In this document: positions 27,169-36,908 of the stretch, in pieces
Position numbering within the stretch: position 1 is the stretch's first letter
How the letters are laid out: every line of letters starts with the position of its first letter
Virus record (IMG/VR): IMGVR_UViG_3300032270_001615
Coordinates: 22,852 to 86,851 of that record
Reading direction: 5' to 3' (one strand)
DNA length: 64,000 bases
Origin: a virus
Taxonomy: Duplodnaviria; Caudoviricetes
Translations under genes and position numbers: made by a program
Notes under the pieces: model-generated
Databases searched by the model: none
What the model was told of the DNA's origin: nothing
Seen by the model: only the letters and a program-made list of their open reading frames with translations

Positions 27169-27572
27169 TTTGTTTTAAATTCCTCCCACGTCTTATCTCC
27201 AACGCCAAAATACTCCCTGGCGTATCCAGCCTGGATAATGTCCTTGTTCAGACAGGCTGTAGACGGGTCTTGAATGTTGTCTGAACTGAATATTCTTGCA
27301 AGAATTCGACCGTATTTGTCGTTCTTGTCTGGGATGGTATTTACGAAAACCCATTTGTGGCTTGTTAGCCAATCCTGCGTAAAGCTCTTAGCTTTTAGGC
27401 CCATCTCTTTTTCTGCAATATCTTTGGTTCTTGATTCTGGAGTGTTTACACCATAAAGTCTTACTCTTATTTTGTGGTGTATGTTGAATCCAAGGTCGAT
27501 CATAAGCTCGATAGTGTCGCCATCGATTACTTTGAGGACAGTAGCTCCATACCAGAATCTTTGATTTTCCAT
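27165..27572 (-). CDS. thermonuclease (SNase-like) family protein
   Basis: VIDGDTI...RVRLYGVNTPE...DKYGRILA. Confidence 0.85.
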   Translation of the reverse strand: MENQRFWYGATVLKVIDGDTIELMIDLGFNIHHKIRVRLYGVNTPESRTKDIAEKEMGLKAKSFTQDWLTSHKWVFVNTIPDKNDKYGRILARIFSSDNIQDPSTACLNKDIIQAGYAREYFGVGDKTWEEFKTK

Positions 27573-27728
27573 TTATTTTGCAGAGCCTTCAGATAAAACT
27601 TCTTTTTCTATTTTACGTAGGCGTGCATCTTCCATCATTGCTTCTTCAGCCATCTTGTCGTAGCGTTCCATGAGCAAACGCAACTTCTCGGCGTTCTCTG
27701 GCAAAAACATGTCGTCTGTTGGAGTCAT
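27573..27728 (-). CDS. hypothetical protein (51 aa), not in ORF track
   Basis: MTPTDDMFLPENAEKLRLLM...; ATGA coupling. Confidence 0.5.
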   Translation of the reverse strand: MTPTDDMFLPENAEKLRLLMERYDKMAEEAMMEDARLRKIEKEVLSEGSAK

Positions 27729-27898
27729 TCTTGTTCCTCGTCTATTGTCGGTTTTGTCTTGTCTCTTTTTTTCTTCTTCTTGATTGCGCTACCGTGCAGG
27801 TCTTGTACCCACGTTTGAAAATCTTCCGGAACGCCACGAGAGTTCTTCAAAAACCTTGTGTATTCGCTAACGTATTCGTCGTCTTCTTCTGGCTTCAT
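27725..27898 (-). CDS. hypothetical protein (57 aa), not in ORF track
   Basis: MKPEEDDEYVSEYTRFLK... Confidence 0.5.
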   Translation of the reverse strand: MKPEEDDEYVSEYTRFLKNSRGVPEDFQTWVQDLHGSAIKKKKKRDKTKPTIDEEQE

Positions 27899-27920
27899 AT
27901 GTAATAGATATTATCCCACA

Positions 27921-28418
27921 TTACATGGCATCTACGATTAGATGGACCCTATCTTCGATCCCATCATTTCGTAGGCTATGGAGTCTTCCGACGTTGTCTA
28001 TAACCCATATTTGACCAGGTTTTAGGTTCATGGACTCACGCCCAATGGTGAATATGCATTCCGTATTGGTTATGACCGGTACGTGAATTCTGTGAGTTAC
28101 CCTAGTTACTCGACCCTCGTCCGTATGTTCGGGAATCACTACTCCGGCTTTGAGCCGAGTAAGCATTGCTTGTTGAATTTTTACTTCACCAAAGTGTTCC
28201 CTTGCGGCCAAAACGACTTCATCTACATAGGAACTGAATCTTTCATGGTTTTTGTGCGGTATTGCTGAATCAACCCTCTGTTTTACGTCGTAAAACAAGG
28301 GGATAGTGTCAGTTATCGCCGACGCTGCACCGCGCCTTTTCTTTCTGCCTTCATATTCGGTCCAGTCTTCATCCGTTAACGACAGTACCTCGCCGAGAAG
28401 GTTATCAAATAGAGACAT
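27921..28418 (-). CDS. Asp/Asn beta-hydroxylase-like Fe(II)/2OG oxygenase
   Basis: LTRLKAG..IPEHTD, RIHVPVITN, DN...HS..N...RVHLIVD; RBS AGGAGA. Confidence 0.85.
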   Translation of the reverse strand: MSLFDNLLGEVLSLTDEDWTEYEGRKKRRGAASAITDTIPLFYDVKQRVDSAIPHKNHERFSSYVDEVVLAAREHFGEVKIQQAMLTRLKAGVVIPEHTDEGRVTRVTHRIHVPVITNTECIFTIGRESMNLKPGQIWVIDNVGRLHSLRNDGIEDRVHLIVDAM

Positions 28419-28476
28419 TTCTCCTAAAAACAGAAATGGTTCATTTTCCCTCATACACAATCTTTCCGTATATAGC

Positions 28477-28515
28477 AAAAACCCCGCTCACCCCCGAAGG
28501 AATGAGCGGGGTTTT
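28477..28515 (-). terminator. rho-independent terminator after major capsid gene
   Basis: AAAACCCCGCTCA...TGAGCGGGGTTTT. Confidence 0.8.
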
Positions 28516-28528
28516 CACTTAATGCTTA

Positions 28529-29860
28529 TTAGTCTTCTGCACCTGGAGCGTTGTCGAAGGTTACTGCGACGAATGACTCTGGACGCTTGACAGCAAGGGC
28601 GAGACGCTGCTCGGCCAAGATGACAATTGCGTTGCGGATAAAGAAGTCTGCATGCTGTTCCGAGATACGGATGCTTGCTTGTTCACGGTCATAGATTTGT
28701 GCTCCTTGACCGAACGAACCGACGAGAGCAGTGCCTTCTGGCATTGCTGGGGTCTCGACGATTGGCAAACGCCATACCTTTGGCTCACCACCGAGAGCAA
28801 CCGAGACGGCAACGAGGTACTGACCGTACTCGTCTTTTGCCAATTCGATGTCTTCCCAATCGTTTGGATGCATTACGACACCAGATGGCTCGTAGTATGC
28901 AAGGAACGAAAGGGTTGCTGCACGACGGATTGCATCAGCCTTGTTGTCTGGAACTGGTGTAAGTGCACCAGACGACCAGTCGTAAGTCTGAATTCCGGCT
29001 GTCTCAAGGATACCTGTCAAGTTCTCACCAGTGCCATCGCCCTGGAGAATTTGATAGTCTTCCTGCAAACGAAGGCCGTACATCAGTTCGTTGTCGATGA
29101 TTGAGCGCAGTTGTGGCTCATCAGCAAGAACGTTTCTGTGTGCTGCTTCCCAGTGAGCAAGAGTCTTCGTCGATGTCTGAACACCTTCGAAGGTCATGCT
29201 TGACTGTGGCTTAACACCAAAGGTTGCTGAAGCTGAACGCTCTGCAACCATTGCTGCGTTACGGGTAAAGCCGCTTACGCGGAAGTACTCGATGATTGCA
29301 GAAGTGGTAGTGCGGGTTGGGAACAAGTCACGAACTCTCTTCGTACGCATTGGAGGTACGATGATTGGATCGCGCTGAACCGAACCGAACTGTGTTGGGA
29401 AGCCGCTTGGCATTGCAGTGTAAATGTCCTTGACGTTGTAACCGCCAGTGAACGATGCTTTTACCTCGAAAGGTGATGGCATGTTTGCACCATTGCGGCC
29501 GCCGTTAAGGGCCTTGAACTCTGCTGAGTCAAGGAACTGCTCACCGATGGTGCGGAGTTCCTTCTGGCTGTAACCGAATGCTGGCTGGCCTGCTGCAGCT
29601 GCTGCAACTTCTGCTGCAACTGAATCATGTGCCTGCTCAGAACCCCAGCTAGCAACCTTTTCGAACGACTCGAGGCCTTCGATCAAGGACTTGATTTCCT
29701 TGATGTCTGACATGTTGCGATCGAATGCTGACTTTTGTTCTGCGTTAACTACGACTGTGCCGTCTTCAACTTTGAATGAATCTGCGATTGCCTTGTTGTC
29801 CGCCATCTTCTGACGAAGCGCACCCTGCAGTTCGTTTACTCTTGATTTGTCTACTGACAT
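28529..29860 (-). CDS. major capsid protein, HK97 fold, with N-terminal delta domain
   Basis: coiled-coil N-terminus; KTLAHW, GDGTGENLTGIL, VMHPNDW, FIRNAIVILAEQRLALAVKRPESF. Confidence 0.95.
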   Translation of the reverse strand: MSVDKSRVNELQGALRQKMADNKAIADSFKVEDGTVVVNAEQKSAFDRNMSDIKEIKSLIEGLESFEKVASWGSEQAHDSVAAEVAAAAAGQPAFGYSQKELRTIGEQFLDSAEFKALNGGRNGANMPSPFEVKASFTGGYNVKDIYTAMPSGFPTQFGSVQRDPIIVPPMRTKRVRDLFPTRTTTSAIIEYFRVSGFTRNAAMVAERSASATFGVKPQSSMTFEGVQTSTKTLAHWEAAHRNVLADEPQLRSIIDNELMYGLRLQEDYQILQGDGTGENLTGILETAGIQTYDWSSGALTPVPDNKADAIRRAATLSFLAYYEPSGVVMHPNDWEDIELAKDEYGQYLVAVSVALGGEPKVWRLPIVETPAMPEGTALVGSFGQGAQIYDREQASIRISEQHADFFIRNAIVILAEQRLALAVKRPESFVAVTFDNAPGAED

Positions 29861-29998
29861 GTTGGGTTTTTCTCCTGAATTGGAATTTTTATGGGATGAA
29901 GTGGCTTAGGTAAGCACCCAACCGCTAGATACAAAAGTATCACTGATTTACGTCTTTTAGTGGAACACCGATAGTTTCGTACAAAAGTGTGTAAATAT

Positions 29999-32158
29999 TT
30001 ATTGGTTTTTAGAAAATCTTCTCTGCCAGTAACTAAGGTTTTCTTTTCCGGATCTACCAAGTCCGCCTTCTGCCCACTGTATAAACTTGTCTTCATCGTA
30101 GAATTTTGCAACACCACCAATTACTTCTACGATTTTTTTAGGGTCAGAACCTTTAGGGACATCAGTATTCCAAAGGGTAAATTCATCTAACGTTCCGTCA
30201 TTAAGGTAACCATTTACAAGGCCGTATGTAGATGAGTGAACATTGGTCGTAATCTCTTCGGCTATAGATCTTCCATCTTCAGCTCTTCTTGCACGAAGCC
30301 TCTGTATTGCGGTATCCGTTGGAGTGAAAGCCCAGTGTCCAATGTTGCTGTATCCACGGTCGCGTATAGACCGGTAGTAGCGCATGCGCTGACCAGTTCC
30401 TTCTGTGATTATGTCCATTCCACCGCTTACAGCATCGTCGACAACCCTTGTGGCCGAGTTTGCTGATTCATAGTGAACAGCACCAGCACCACGACCACCA
30501 GCGTATCCAACCAAGCCTTGCTTGATGAAGTCTGGGTCTACGTGAGCAGCTTCGTCGTTTTTTGGAATCAGTCCTCTTTTTTGCAAGTAGTCAACAAGTG
30601 TTGATTTACCCATTCCTGGAGCTCCGGCTATTGCGAAATGACGCTTGTCTCCACTCTTCTTATTTCTGAATTGAGGTTTAACTCTATCCAGGATTATCTT
30701 GCCCATTTCCTTGCCGCCAACATTTGGTTTTCCAACATACCTTTCAGAACGCATTCCTCTTGTAGACCTTGAGCCACGACCTTTTCCTGGACCGTAATTA
30801 TTGTAGAAGCGCTCTAATTTCTTGTAATCTTTATCAGTAAGGCTTTCTTTGTCTTTCTTGTGTTTATCCACAATTGGACGAAGTGCATTGAAGCTTGGGT
30901 TTGCATACGCCCAATCCAAATGAGCCTTTCTTTTCATTCTCTTCAAGTGATCCTTCATTGGATCTTCGCCTCCAGTTGTTGAAGGCATTCCTGGTGCTTG
31001 AGGTTTCGCTACTGCAGGTGTTTGAATACGTGCACGTGGCGTTGCTGGTCTTTCAAATGGGGTTCCTTCTTGGACAACCATGTCTCCGTCAGCATCTATT
31101 GCGTTTGGGTCAAACCTTGCATTCACGTTGTTGAGTATTCTTCTGCCAAGGCTCTTCGAACCAATTTTTACGCAACCATTACTCATTTTTCCGTGACGAT
31201 TTCTCCTTTTACCGGTTGGAGCATATCCAGGCTCACAAGGGTTTATGAAATCCGGAAGTTTGTTAAAACTTCTTGTTGATTCAATAAATGATTCGTTATC
31301 TGACATCGAACCAGATTCATCAGACTTGTACTTTCCTTTTACTGCGTCTTCCATTGCTTGTCTGATGCTGTTTTGATCATTCTTTGGGCCACGCTTTGTG
31401 CCTTTTTTCTTCTTGCCGTTCATGTCAACACCAGTGGCTGTTGTTCCACCAAGAATAGCTTCTTTCACCAATGGGATAAACCCGTTGATTTCTTCAAACA
31501 AAGATTTTTTTCTTCTTAGTTTTGTCAGATCATCTCGGACGACTGTTCTTATTCTTCTGGTAAGAGCCTCTTGCTGATGTCTTCTTCCAAGTGCAGTTGT
31601 TCCGCTCAGTCTTGAATAGTCCGTCATGTTGGTGCATGGCATCCAAACGGTTCTTCCTGTTTTGGAAACTCTCCTGCTTACACCGATACAGCCAAGCTGT
31701 CTTGAGCGTGCTCTTGCAGACTCAATATCGCTAAAAACGTCAACGTCGTTGTCTCTTGGTGAAAATGGGTTTACTCCCTTTTCTTCAATTGACTCATAAG
31801 CAGCTTTCCCCATAGAAGAAGATTGCACACCACTTCCGACCCCAGAAGGAGTTGTGATTCTTGTTAATCCACCATCTTGTGATGTTTCAATTCCGTAGAC
31901 TCCTCTTTGTCCAAGACGAAGCCATTCTTTCTTCTTTTTCTTTCCTTTTATGGTTCTTGATTTTTGCCAGTCTTCAACTTCCGACAAAGCCGTTTTTCTT
32001 CTTGTTGGTTCAGCTGCATTCGAGATTCTGTCCAGCTCTTCTGGGGAGGCGCAGGGATTCCACTTTCCGTTTTTGTCTTGGTGTGCTCCAGAACAGCCGA
32101 TAATCTCAGCCATTCTTATTGCTCCAAGCTTCCCAGTGAGTGAAGGGTCTTTTTCCAT
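29999..32158 (-). CDS. tagged modular protein with C-terminal zeta-toxin-like P-loop kinase
   Basis: GAPGMGKST, VDPDFIK, HYES, ITEGT; DPNA tag; Cys-pair micro-motifs. Confidence 0.75.
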   Translation of the reverse strand: MEKDPSLTGKLGAIRMAEIIGCSGAHQDKNGKWNPCASPEELDRISNAAEPTRRKTALSEVEDWQKSRTIKGKKKKKEWLRLGQRGVYGIETSQDGGLTRITTPSGVGSGVQSSSMGKAAYESIEEKGVNPFSPRDNDVDVFSDIESARARSRQLGCIGVSRRVSKTGRTVWMPCTNMTDYSRLSGTTALGRRHQQEALTRRIRTVVRDDLTKLRRKKSLFEEINGFIPLVKEAILGGTTATGVDMNGKKKKGTKRGPKNDQNSIRQAMEDAVKGKYKSDESGSMSDNESFIESTRSFNKLPDFINPCEPGYAPTGKRRNRHGKMSNGCVKIGSKSLGRRILNNVNARFDPNAIDADGDMVVQEGTPFERPATPRARIQTPAVAKPQAPGMPSTTGGEDPMKDHLKRMKRKAHLDWAYANPSFNALRPIVDKHKKDKESLTDKDYKKLERFYNNYGPGKGRGSRSTRGMRSERYVGKPNVGGKEMGKIILDRVKPQFRNKKSGDKRHFAIAGAPGMGKSTLVDYLQKRGLIPKNDEAAHVDPDFIKQGLVGYAGGRGAGAVHYESANSATRVVDDAVSGGMDIITEGTGQRMRYYRSIRDRGYSNIGHWAFTPTDTAIQRLRARRAEDGRSIAEEITTNVHSSTYGLVNGYLNDGTLDEFTLWNTDVPKGSDPKKIVEVIGGVAKFYDEDKFIQWAEGGLGRSGKENLSYWQRRFSKNQ

Positions 32159-32160
32159 TC

Positions 32161-32547
32161 TTAATCTACAATTACAACTTCTTCGTTTACTGGCTTTAGC
32201 TTCTCTGATTCGATCAGCGCTTCTTCGCGATCTGGGTAGCGAGATCTAAACTGTCTAGCTTCTTCTAGGTCTGTTTCAAATTCTTTTTCAATTTTTGAGA
32301 AAGGGTCCGAAAACAGTTCAACACTTGGGTCCATGTTTGACTTGTAGTTAACCCTATTGATTTCTTTATCAAAAGCTTTTTCTAATTTTCTACCAAGTTC
32401 TGTCTTTGCGGGGAAGTTGTAATCATCTGGTCCACCGAACTTATCCTTAGGCATGAATGCAAACGGTGGATATAGAAGCAACTCTGCTATGTCTGCTTGT
32501 TTTTCAAGAAACAAGATATGTGCTGCGCGTATTTCTTCCATGATCAT
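32161..32547 (-). CDS. small acidic protein
   Basis: 128 aa, 4-nt overlap with upstream 1454-aa gene. Confidence 0.65.
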   Translation of the reverse strand: MIMEEIRAAHILFLEKQADIAELLLYPPFAFMPKDKFGGPDDYNFPAKTELGRKLEKAFDKEINRVNYKSNMDPSVELFSDPFSKIEKEFETDLEEARQFRSRYPDREEALIESEKLKPVNEEVVIVD

Positions 32548-35500
32548 CCAAATCTGTTAATAATGTCCTGTTGGCGAGCTATCAGTGTATCTGCTATTTT
32601 CTTACGCTCAACCATGTCGCTGATCATGGTATCTACGGTTTTCCTGATCTGATCAGATGTTATTAAGCGCAATCTAGCCACTTGAGTCTTGATCTGATCT
32701 GGAGTCAATTTGCCGAAGACTCTTGCTGCAGTCGGGTTTACAGATGGATCCCTGAGGGTATCCATTTCTCCTGCAACATCACCAAATGCCGTTGATCCTC
32801 CGGTGCCCTTGCGCCCTGCATTAGCTCTAAACAGTATTGCTCCGCCGGCATCTATTGTAACTGGATTGCCAGAGCTATCAACTTGAGTGTTGTTATTCAA
32901 TAGGGCGTCCCAGTTTCCAAGCCATGCGTGTGTAACGAAAGTGTCCGCGATGGCGTCGTTCTGAGATGAACTGGCAGGAGATATATCTGTCATTATCTTT
33001 GAGACAACTCTTGGTGATCCGTTTTCATCTCCAAGATTTATTTCTGGCGTCTTTACTCCAGCAAGATTGTAGAGCCTTGAAGCTAGAACTTCGTTCTCGG
33101 CCTGTATCTGAGAGTTCGGTTGCTTGACGTAGTGCTCCACACCATTTCCGTCCCTATAGGTTCCTCCAGCGTTTGATCCTCGCTGACCACCAGTCTTTGT
33201 CCAACTTGTAACGTCAACGACTCCCTGAGCCTTCTTTTGGGCCTTAGAAGCCTTTGTAGCCTTCCTCTCGCCCTTAGCAAGCTTCTGAGCCACTTCGTCT
33301 TCAAGAGGAACATGGACAGCAGCAATCGATGATCTGTCATGTAGAAGAATTACGTTTGAGTGACTGCGCTCAAGGCTGACGCCGATGATTGGTGCGAATC
33401 TTCCTTCTTCGTCCGTTCCAGCTGCTTTATTCAAGAACGATATTGCTTCTATGGCATCAGCTTTTGCTTTTACGCTATCTTTTCCGCTTCTGTCCATTTC
33501 TTCAAGTTGACTAATGATTGAATCCGCTATTGAGTAAGAGGCTGTTCCGCTGCGACTACTATGTGTTTCTGCCAAGCCTTTTCTTAATGCTGCAGCAATT
33601 TCTCCAGAAGTCAATTGCGAGGCTCCATCTTTTCCGCCCATTTCCTGGATTGCGGTCATCATGGTTTCAGTTATCTTGTGCATTGCCTGTTGCTCGTTTT
33701 TAAGCGTCTGCTTATCAACAACTGTTGCTGAAGGTGGAATAAGAGCAAGGATGGTGTGTCGGTCATCTCTACCACCTCTGTATCCGTTCCAGGATTCAGG
33801 TTTATCCGTAAAGTATTCGCCAAAGCCGTGAACTTGTCCACCTTGGCCAGGAACGAATCTGTCAGGGTTTGTTAAGAACTGCTCAACGTATGCTTCACCC
33901 TTGACTTTTTCATTTCCTGTTCCTCTGACGATTGGAGTCCATCCAGCGTCGATCAAATCCTGAACTTCGTCTTTAGATATAAGTACAGGTTCATTGGAGA
34001 AACCAGTGTTTTCCCAAAGGTTGGAAATTGCTTGTCTGCGTTGAGCTTCTCTTCCGAGTCCTGCATCCTTTGCGTATTCACGAGAAACGAACGCAAGAGC
34101 CGAGGTGAATCTTGGATTAACCGTAAATGTTCCGTCAGCGTTTCTTGTAACCATCTTGTGGTTATCGGACTTATTGCCCTTGACTTTTTCCTCAAGCTTG
34201 GAAGCACTTCTGTTTCTTCTGAGTCGAGCAGCGAGTTCGCGCTTCGCAGCCATGAATCTGAGCTTTTTCTGCTCAATTGCAAGTTCAGGGGACGTCTCAG
34301 TGAGTTGTCTACCTCGTCTGTTTCTTGTTGCAGACTTACGGGCAGCTTTTAGCTCACGCTTTCTCTTTCGTTCTGGATTGACTCGGAGGAAACGTTGACG
34401 AGTATCTGCCAACTTTTTGTCTTCGTCCGTTAGTGCGCTTAGTCCTGTATCCAATCCTCTTGCGCGACCCCAGAATGATGATTCTTCTCCGAGGCCAAGT
34501 TTCTTGATTTCTGAACCACGCATCTTTGTTTTTCCGGTAACTGCTTCAGCTACTTTTTTCTGCGATTCAGTATGCAGATGCTCAACCATTTCGTAAGAAT
34601 TGGAATCACGCATTTCAATCAAGGTCTGCATGTCGTCGAGCATTCTTTGAGCTTTTTCAGCTGGCGACAAAAGGGGATTGCCATCCTTGTCTACCTTTGG
34701 CTTTCCATCTTTATCTATTGCCACTGTGTCGATTCGTCCTGCCGCTATTTCAGCGTCTAGAACGAGTCGCATTTCGGTTATGTCGGAAGTGGTTAGCTTG
34801 TCGTCGTGATTTCTTGGTGCAAAAGTCCCACCTCTGCGAGTTTGTTTTTCTGCACCACGCATCTGTCCGCGCCACCAAGCAGCAAAGTATGATGTGCCAA
34901 ACTCGGAGTCACTAGGATTTGGGTTTCGTTTTGTTGGCTTTTTCTTTCCACCTTTGAGAGTGTTCGTCAGCTCTGTCTCAAGTTCCTGCATCGCCTTCGC
35001 AGCTTTGTCTTTATCGTTTGGAGCAAGACCCTCTACAAATCTGCCGTCGTTTGGACCAACCTTCTTCGATCCGGCACCAAAGACCGCCTTCTTTCCTTTT
35101 TCTGGTTTGGCATTTGGAACTGTTTGTACTCTTGCAATAGATGATTCAAGTCTTCTTGCGCGTCCTGGCATGGTTGAGCCAGATCTTCTTCTGCTTGGCA
35201 TGCCGCGAGCTTCTGTTGAAGTGATTTCTGGAGTTTTAGGAAGGGTACGCATGTGACGCTGCTCAGCTTGCCTCACTTCGCTTCTTGTCATTCCGAGTAT
35301 TTTTGCCATGTCTTCAAGGCTTATTACGCCAGTCATTCTTGCTGCGTATATTTGCTCGTCACTAAGTTTTTGCATTGGTTTTGGAACAGCCGATGCTTCG
35401 CTTGGTGTTATTCCAAGATATTCTGGTCTGATCGCAAATGGCAAACGGAGCCTGCTGCCCTTATGCATTTCGTTTATGTGAGCTTCCACGTCGTACATCG

Positions 35501-36908
35501 ACATGGTGAATTCTTGGGCTACACGCCTATATGTTTCAGCTGGATTTTCATTTGGCTTTTTAGTAAACGAATCGTACACTGCCTGAAGAGTGCTCTCTTC
35601 GAATTCCCTTCGAGGAAGCATTTCCCCGTTTGGACCACGTTGTCCTGGAAATCTTGCAAGTGTTGGCCCGCTTGAGGTTCTTGTGGATTTTGGTTTTGAT
35701 CCACCGACAGCAGCTCTCACCGCATTGGCTTGTCTATTGACCCTCTGCGACTGCATGCCTCGCGCTGGTTTTTTCTTTCTAGATACAACCGGCATGTCAG
35801 AAGGTACTGTGCCTTTGACATAATCAATAAGGTCAGTAAGTCTTCTGTCCCCGGCCAGCGATCCATTATTGAATTCGTCTTGCAAGTTTGATATTAGGTC
35901 GTTTTGCTCATTTCTTGTAAGTGAAGAAATGCTGTCTTTAGCCTTTTTTAGCAAAGGTGTGATTGCATCATTTGCACCATCTGCCTGTTCCAGTAAATCG
36001 TCAATGACTCCTTCTGGGTCTGTGTTCTTTATTGGTTTTGCATTATCTCTTGCTGAAGCCATTCCAGTAGCGCCTTGCGAGGCATTGTTTACGACACGCT
36101 TAACCGGCTTTGGGCTCGTATCAGGTCGCTCAAATGGAGTGCCTTCTTGAATTATCTTGTCAAGGTCGGCATCTATTGCATCTGGATCAAATCTTGCATT
36201 TGTTGCACGCAGCGTTCTTCTTCCTAGACGAGCTGCACCGCTGCCGAGCTTTGGTCCAATATCTTTTTTGCTCATTCCATCAAAAAATGAAGCTCCAACA
36301 GATTTTCTCTGAATTGGAAGAACCAACTTTTCTCTTGAGTCAACAATCAAATTTCCAAGTCTTCTTTCGAATCCGTTAGACATTTTTTCGCGCAACTCAG
36401 AATGAAATACGCTTCTCTCAATTCCTTTAGACTTGGAGTTAAAGCGATTGGTGTCTATATCAAATGCATGTTTCTGCGACTTGAATTCAGTAATAAAAGA
36501 AGAAAGTTTTTGATCGTTCTTGAATGCAAGTGCTTTGAAGTTTATTGATCTTGTCTTTTGCTGACCCTGCCCAAGTATCGGGGAATCGCTTACATTGATA
36601 AAATCTTTTTCAATATCGTGCTTTACTGATTTGGTTTTTACATTGAACTGGCTTGTGCTCTTTAGGTCTGCCTCGCTAATCCCGAGCGTTTGCGCTAGAT
36701 CCCTGTTTGGTATCTCAAATTCAGTTCCAGAAACACCAAATGGAAGGGAGAAGTCGTCCTGAGACTTTGCTTCACTGTTGGCCCATTTGGCCCACTCTCC
36801 AGAACTCTCATTAACGCCAAAATAGGTAATCGATTTTCCTGACTTGACTGCATAGCCGTATACTTCGCCGCCGATTTCGTCTTTAAGGATTGATACAAGC
36901 TTCATCAT
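32544..36908 (-). CDS. 1454-aa tagged modular protein (HTH, PARP-like ART, HipA/PI3K-like kinase)
   Basis: DPDA tag; SLEDMAKILGMTRSEVRQAE; IVRGTG...GFGEYFT; YVK..ENEVLA..WLGNWD..N..IDAGG. Confidence 0.75.
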   Translation of the reverse strand: MMKLVSILKDEIGGEVYGYAVKSGKSITYFGVNESSGEWAKWANSEAKSQDDFSLPFGVSGTEFEIPNRDLAQTLGISEADLKSTSQFNVKTKSVKHDIEKDFINVSDSPILGQGQQKTRSINFKALAFKNDQKLSSFITEFKSQKHAFDIDTNRFNSKSKGIERSVFHSELREKMSNGFERRLGNLIVDSREKLVLPIQRKSVGASFFDGMSKKDIGPKLGSGAARLGRRTLRATNARFDPDAIDADLDKIIQEGTPFERPDTSPKPVKRVVNNASQGATGMASARDNAKPIKNTDPEGVIDDLLEQADGANDAITPLLKKAKDSISSLTRNEQNDLISNLQDEFNNGSLAGDRRLTDLIDYVKGTVPSDMPVVSRKKKPARGMQSQRVNRQANAVRAAVGGSKPKSTRTSSGPTLARFPGQRGPNGEMLPRREFEESTLQAVYDSFTKKPNENPAETYRRVAQEFTMSMYDVEAHINEMHKGSRLRLPFAIRPEYLGITPSEASAVPKPMQKLSDEQIYAARMTGVISLEDMAKILGMTRSEVRQAEQRHMRTLPKTPEITSTEARGMPSRRRSGSTMPGRARRLESSIARVQTVPNAKPEKGKKAVFGAGSKKVGPNDGRFVEGLAPNDKDKAAKAMQELETELTNTLKGGKKKPTKRNPNPSDSEFGTSYFAAWWRGQMRGAEKQTRRGGTFAPRNHDDKLTTSDITEMRLVLDAEIAAGRIDTVAIDKDGKPKVDKDGNPLLSPAEKAQRMLDDMQTLIEMRDSNSYEMVEHLHTESQKKVAEAVTGKTKMRGSEIKKLGLGEESSFWGRARGLDTGLSALTDEDKKLADTRQRFLRVNPERKRKRELKAARKSATRNRRGRQLTETSPELAIEQKKLRFMAAKRELAARLRRNRSASKLEEKVKGNKSDNHKMVTRNADGTFTVNPRFTSALAFVSREYAKDAGLGREAQRRQAISNLWENTGFSNEPVLISKDEVQDLIDAGWTPIVRGTGNEKVKGEAYVEQFLTNPDRFVPGQGGQVHGFGEYFTDKPESWNGYRGGRDDRHTILALIPPSATVVDKQTLKNEQQAMHKITETMMTAIQEMGGKDGASQLTSGEIAAALRKGLAETHSSRSGTASYSIADSIISQLEEMDRSGKDSVKAKADAIEAISFLNKAAGTDEEGRFAPIIGVSLERSHSNVILLHDRSSIAAVHVPLEDEVAQKLAKGERKATKASKAQKKAQGVVDVTSWTKTGGQRGSNAGGTYRDGNGVEHYVKQPNSQIQAENEVLASRLYNLAGVKTPEINLGDENGSPRVVSKIMTDISPASSSQNDAIADTFVTHAWLGNWDALLNNNTQVDSSGNPVTIDAGGAILFRANAGRKGTGGSTAFGDVAGEMDTLRDPSVNPTAARVFGKLTPDQIKTQVARLRLITSDQIRKTVDTMISDMVERKKIADTLIARQQDIINRFG

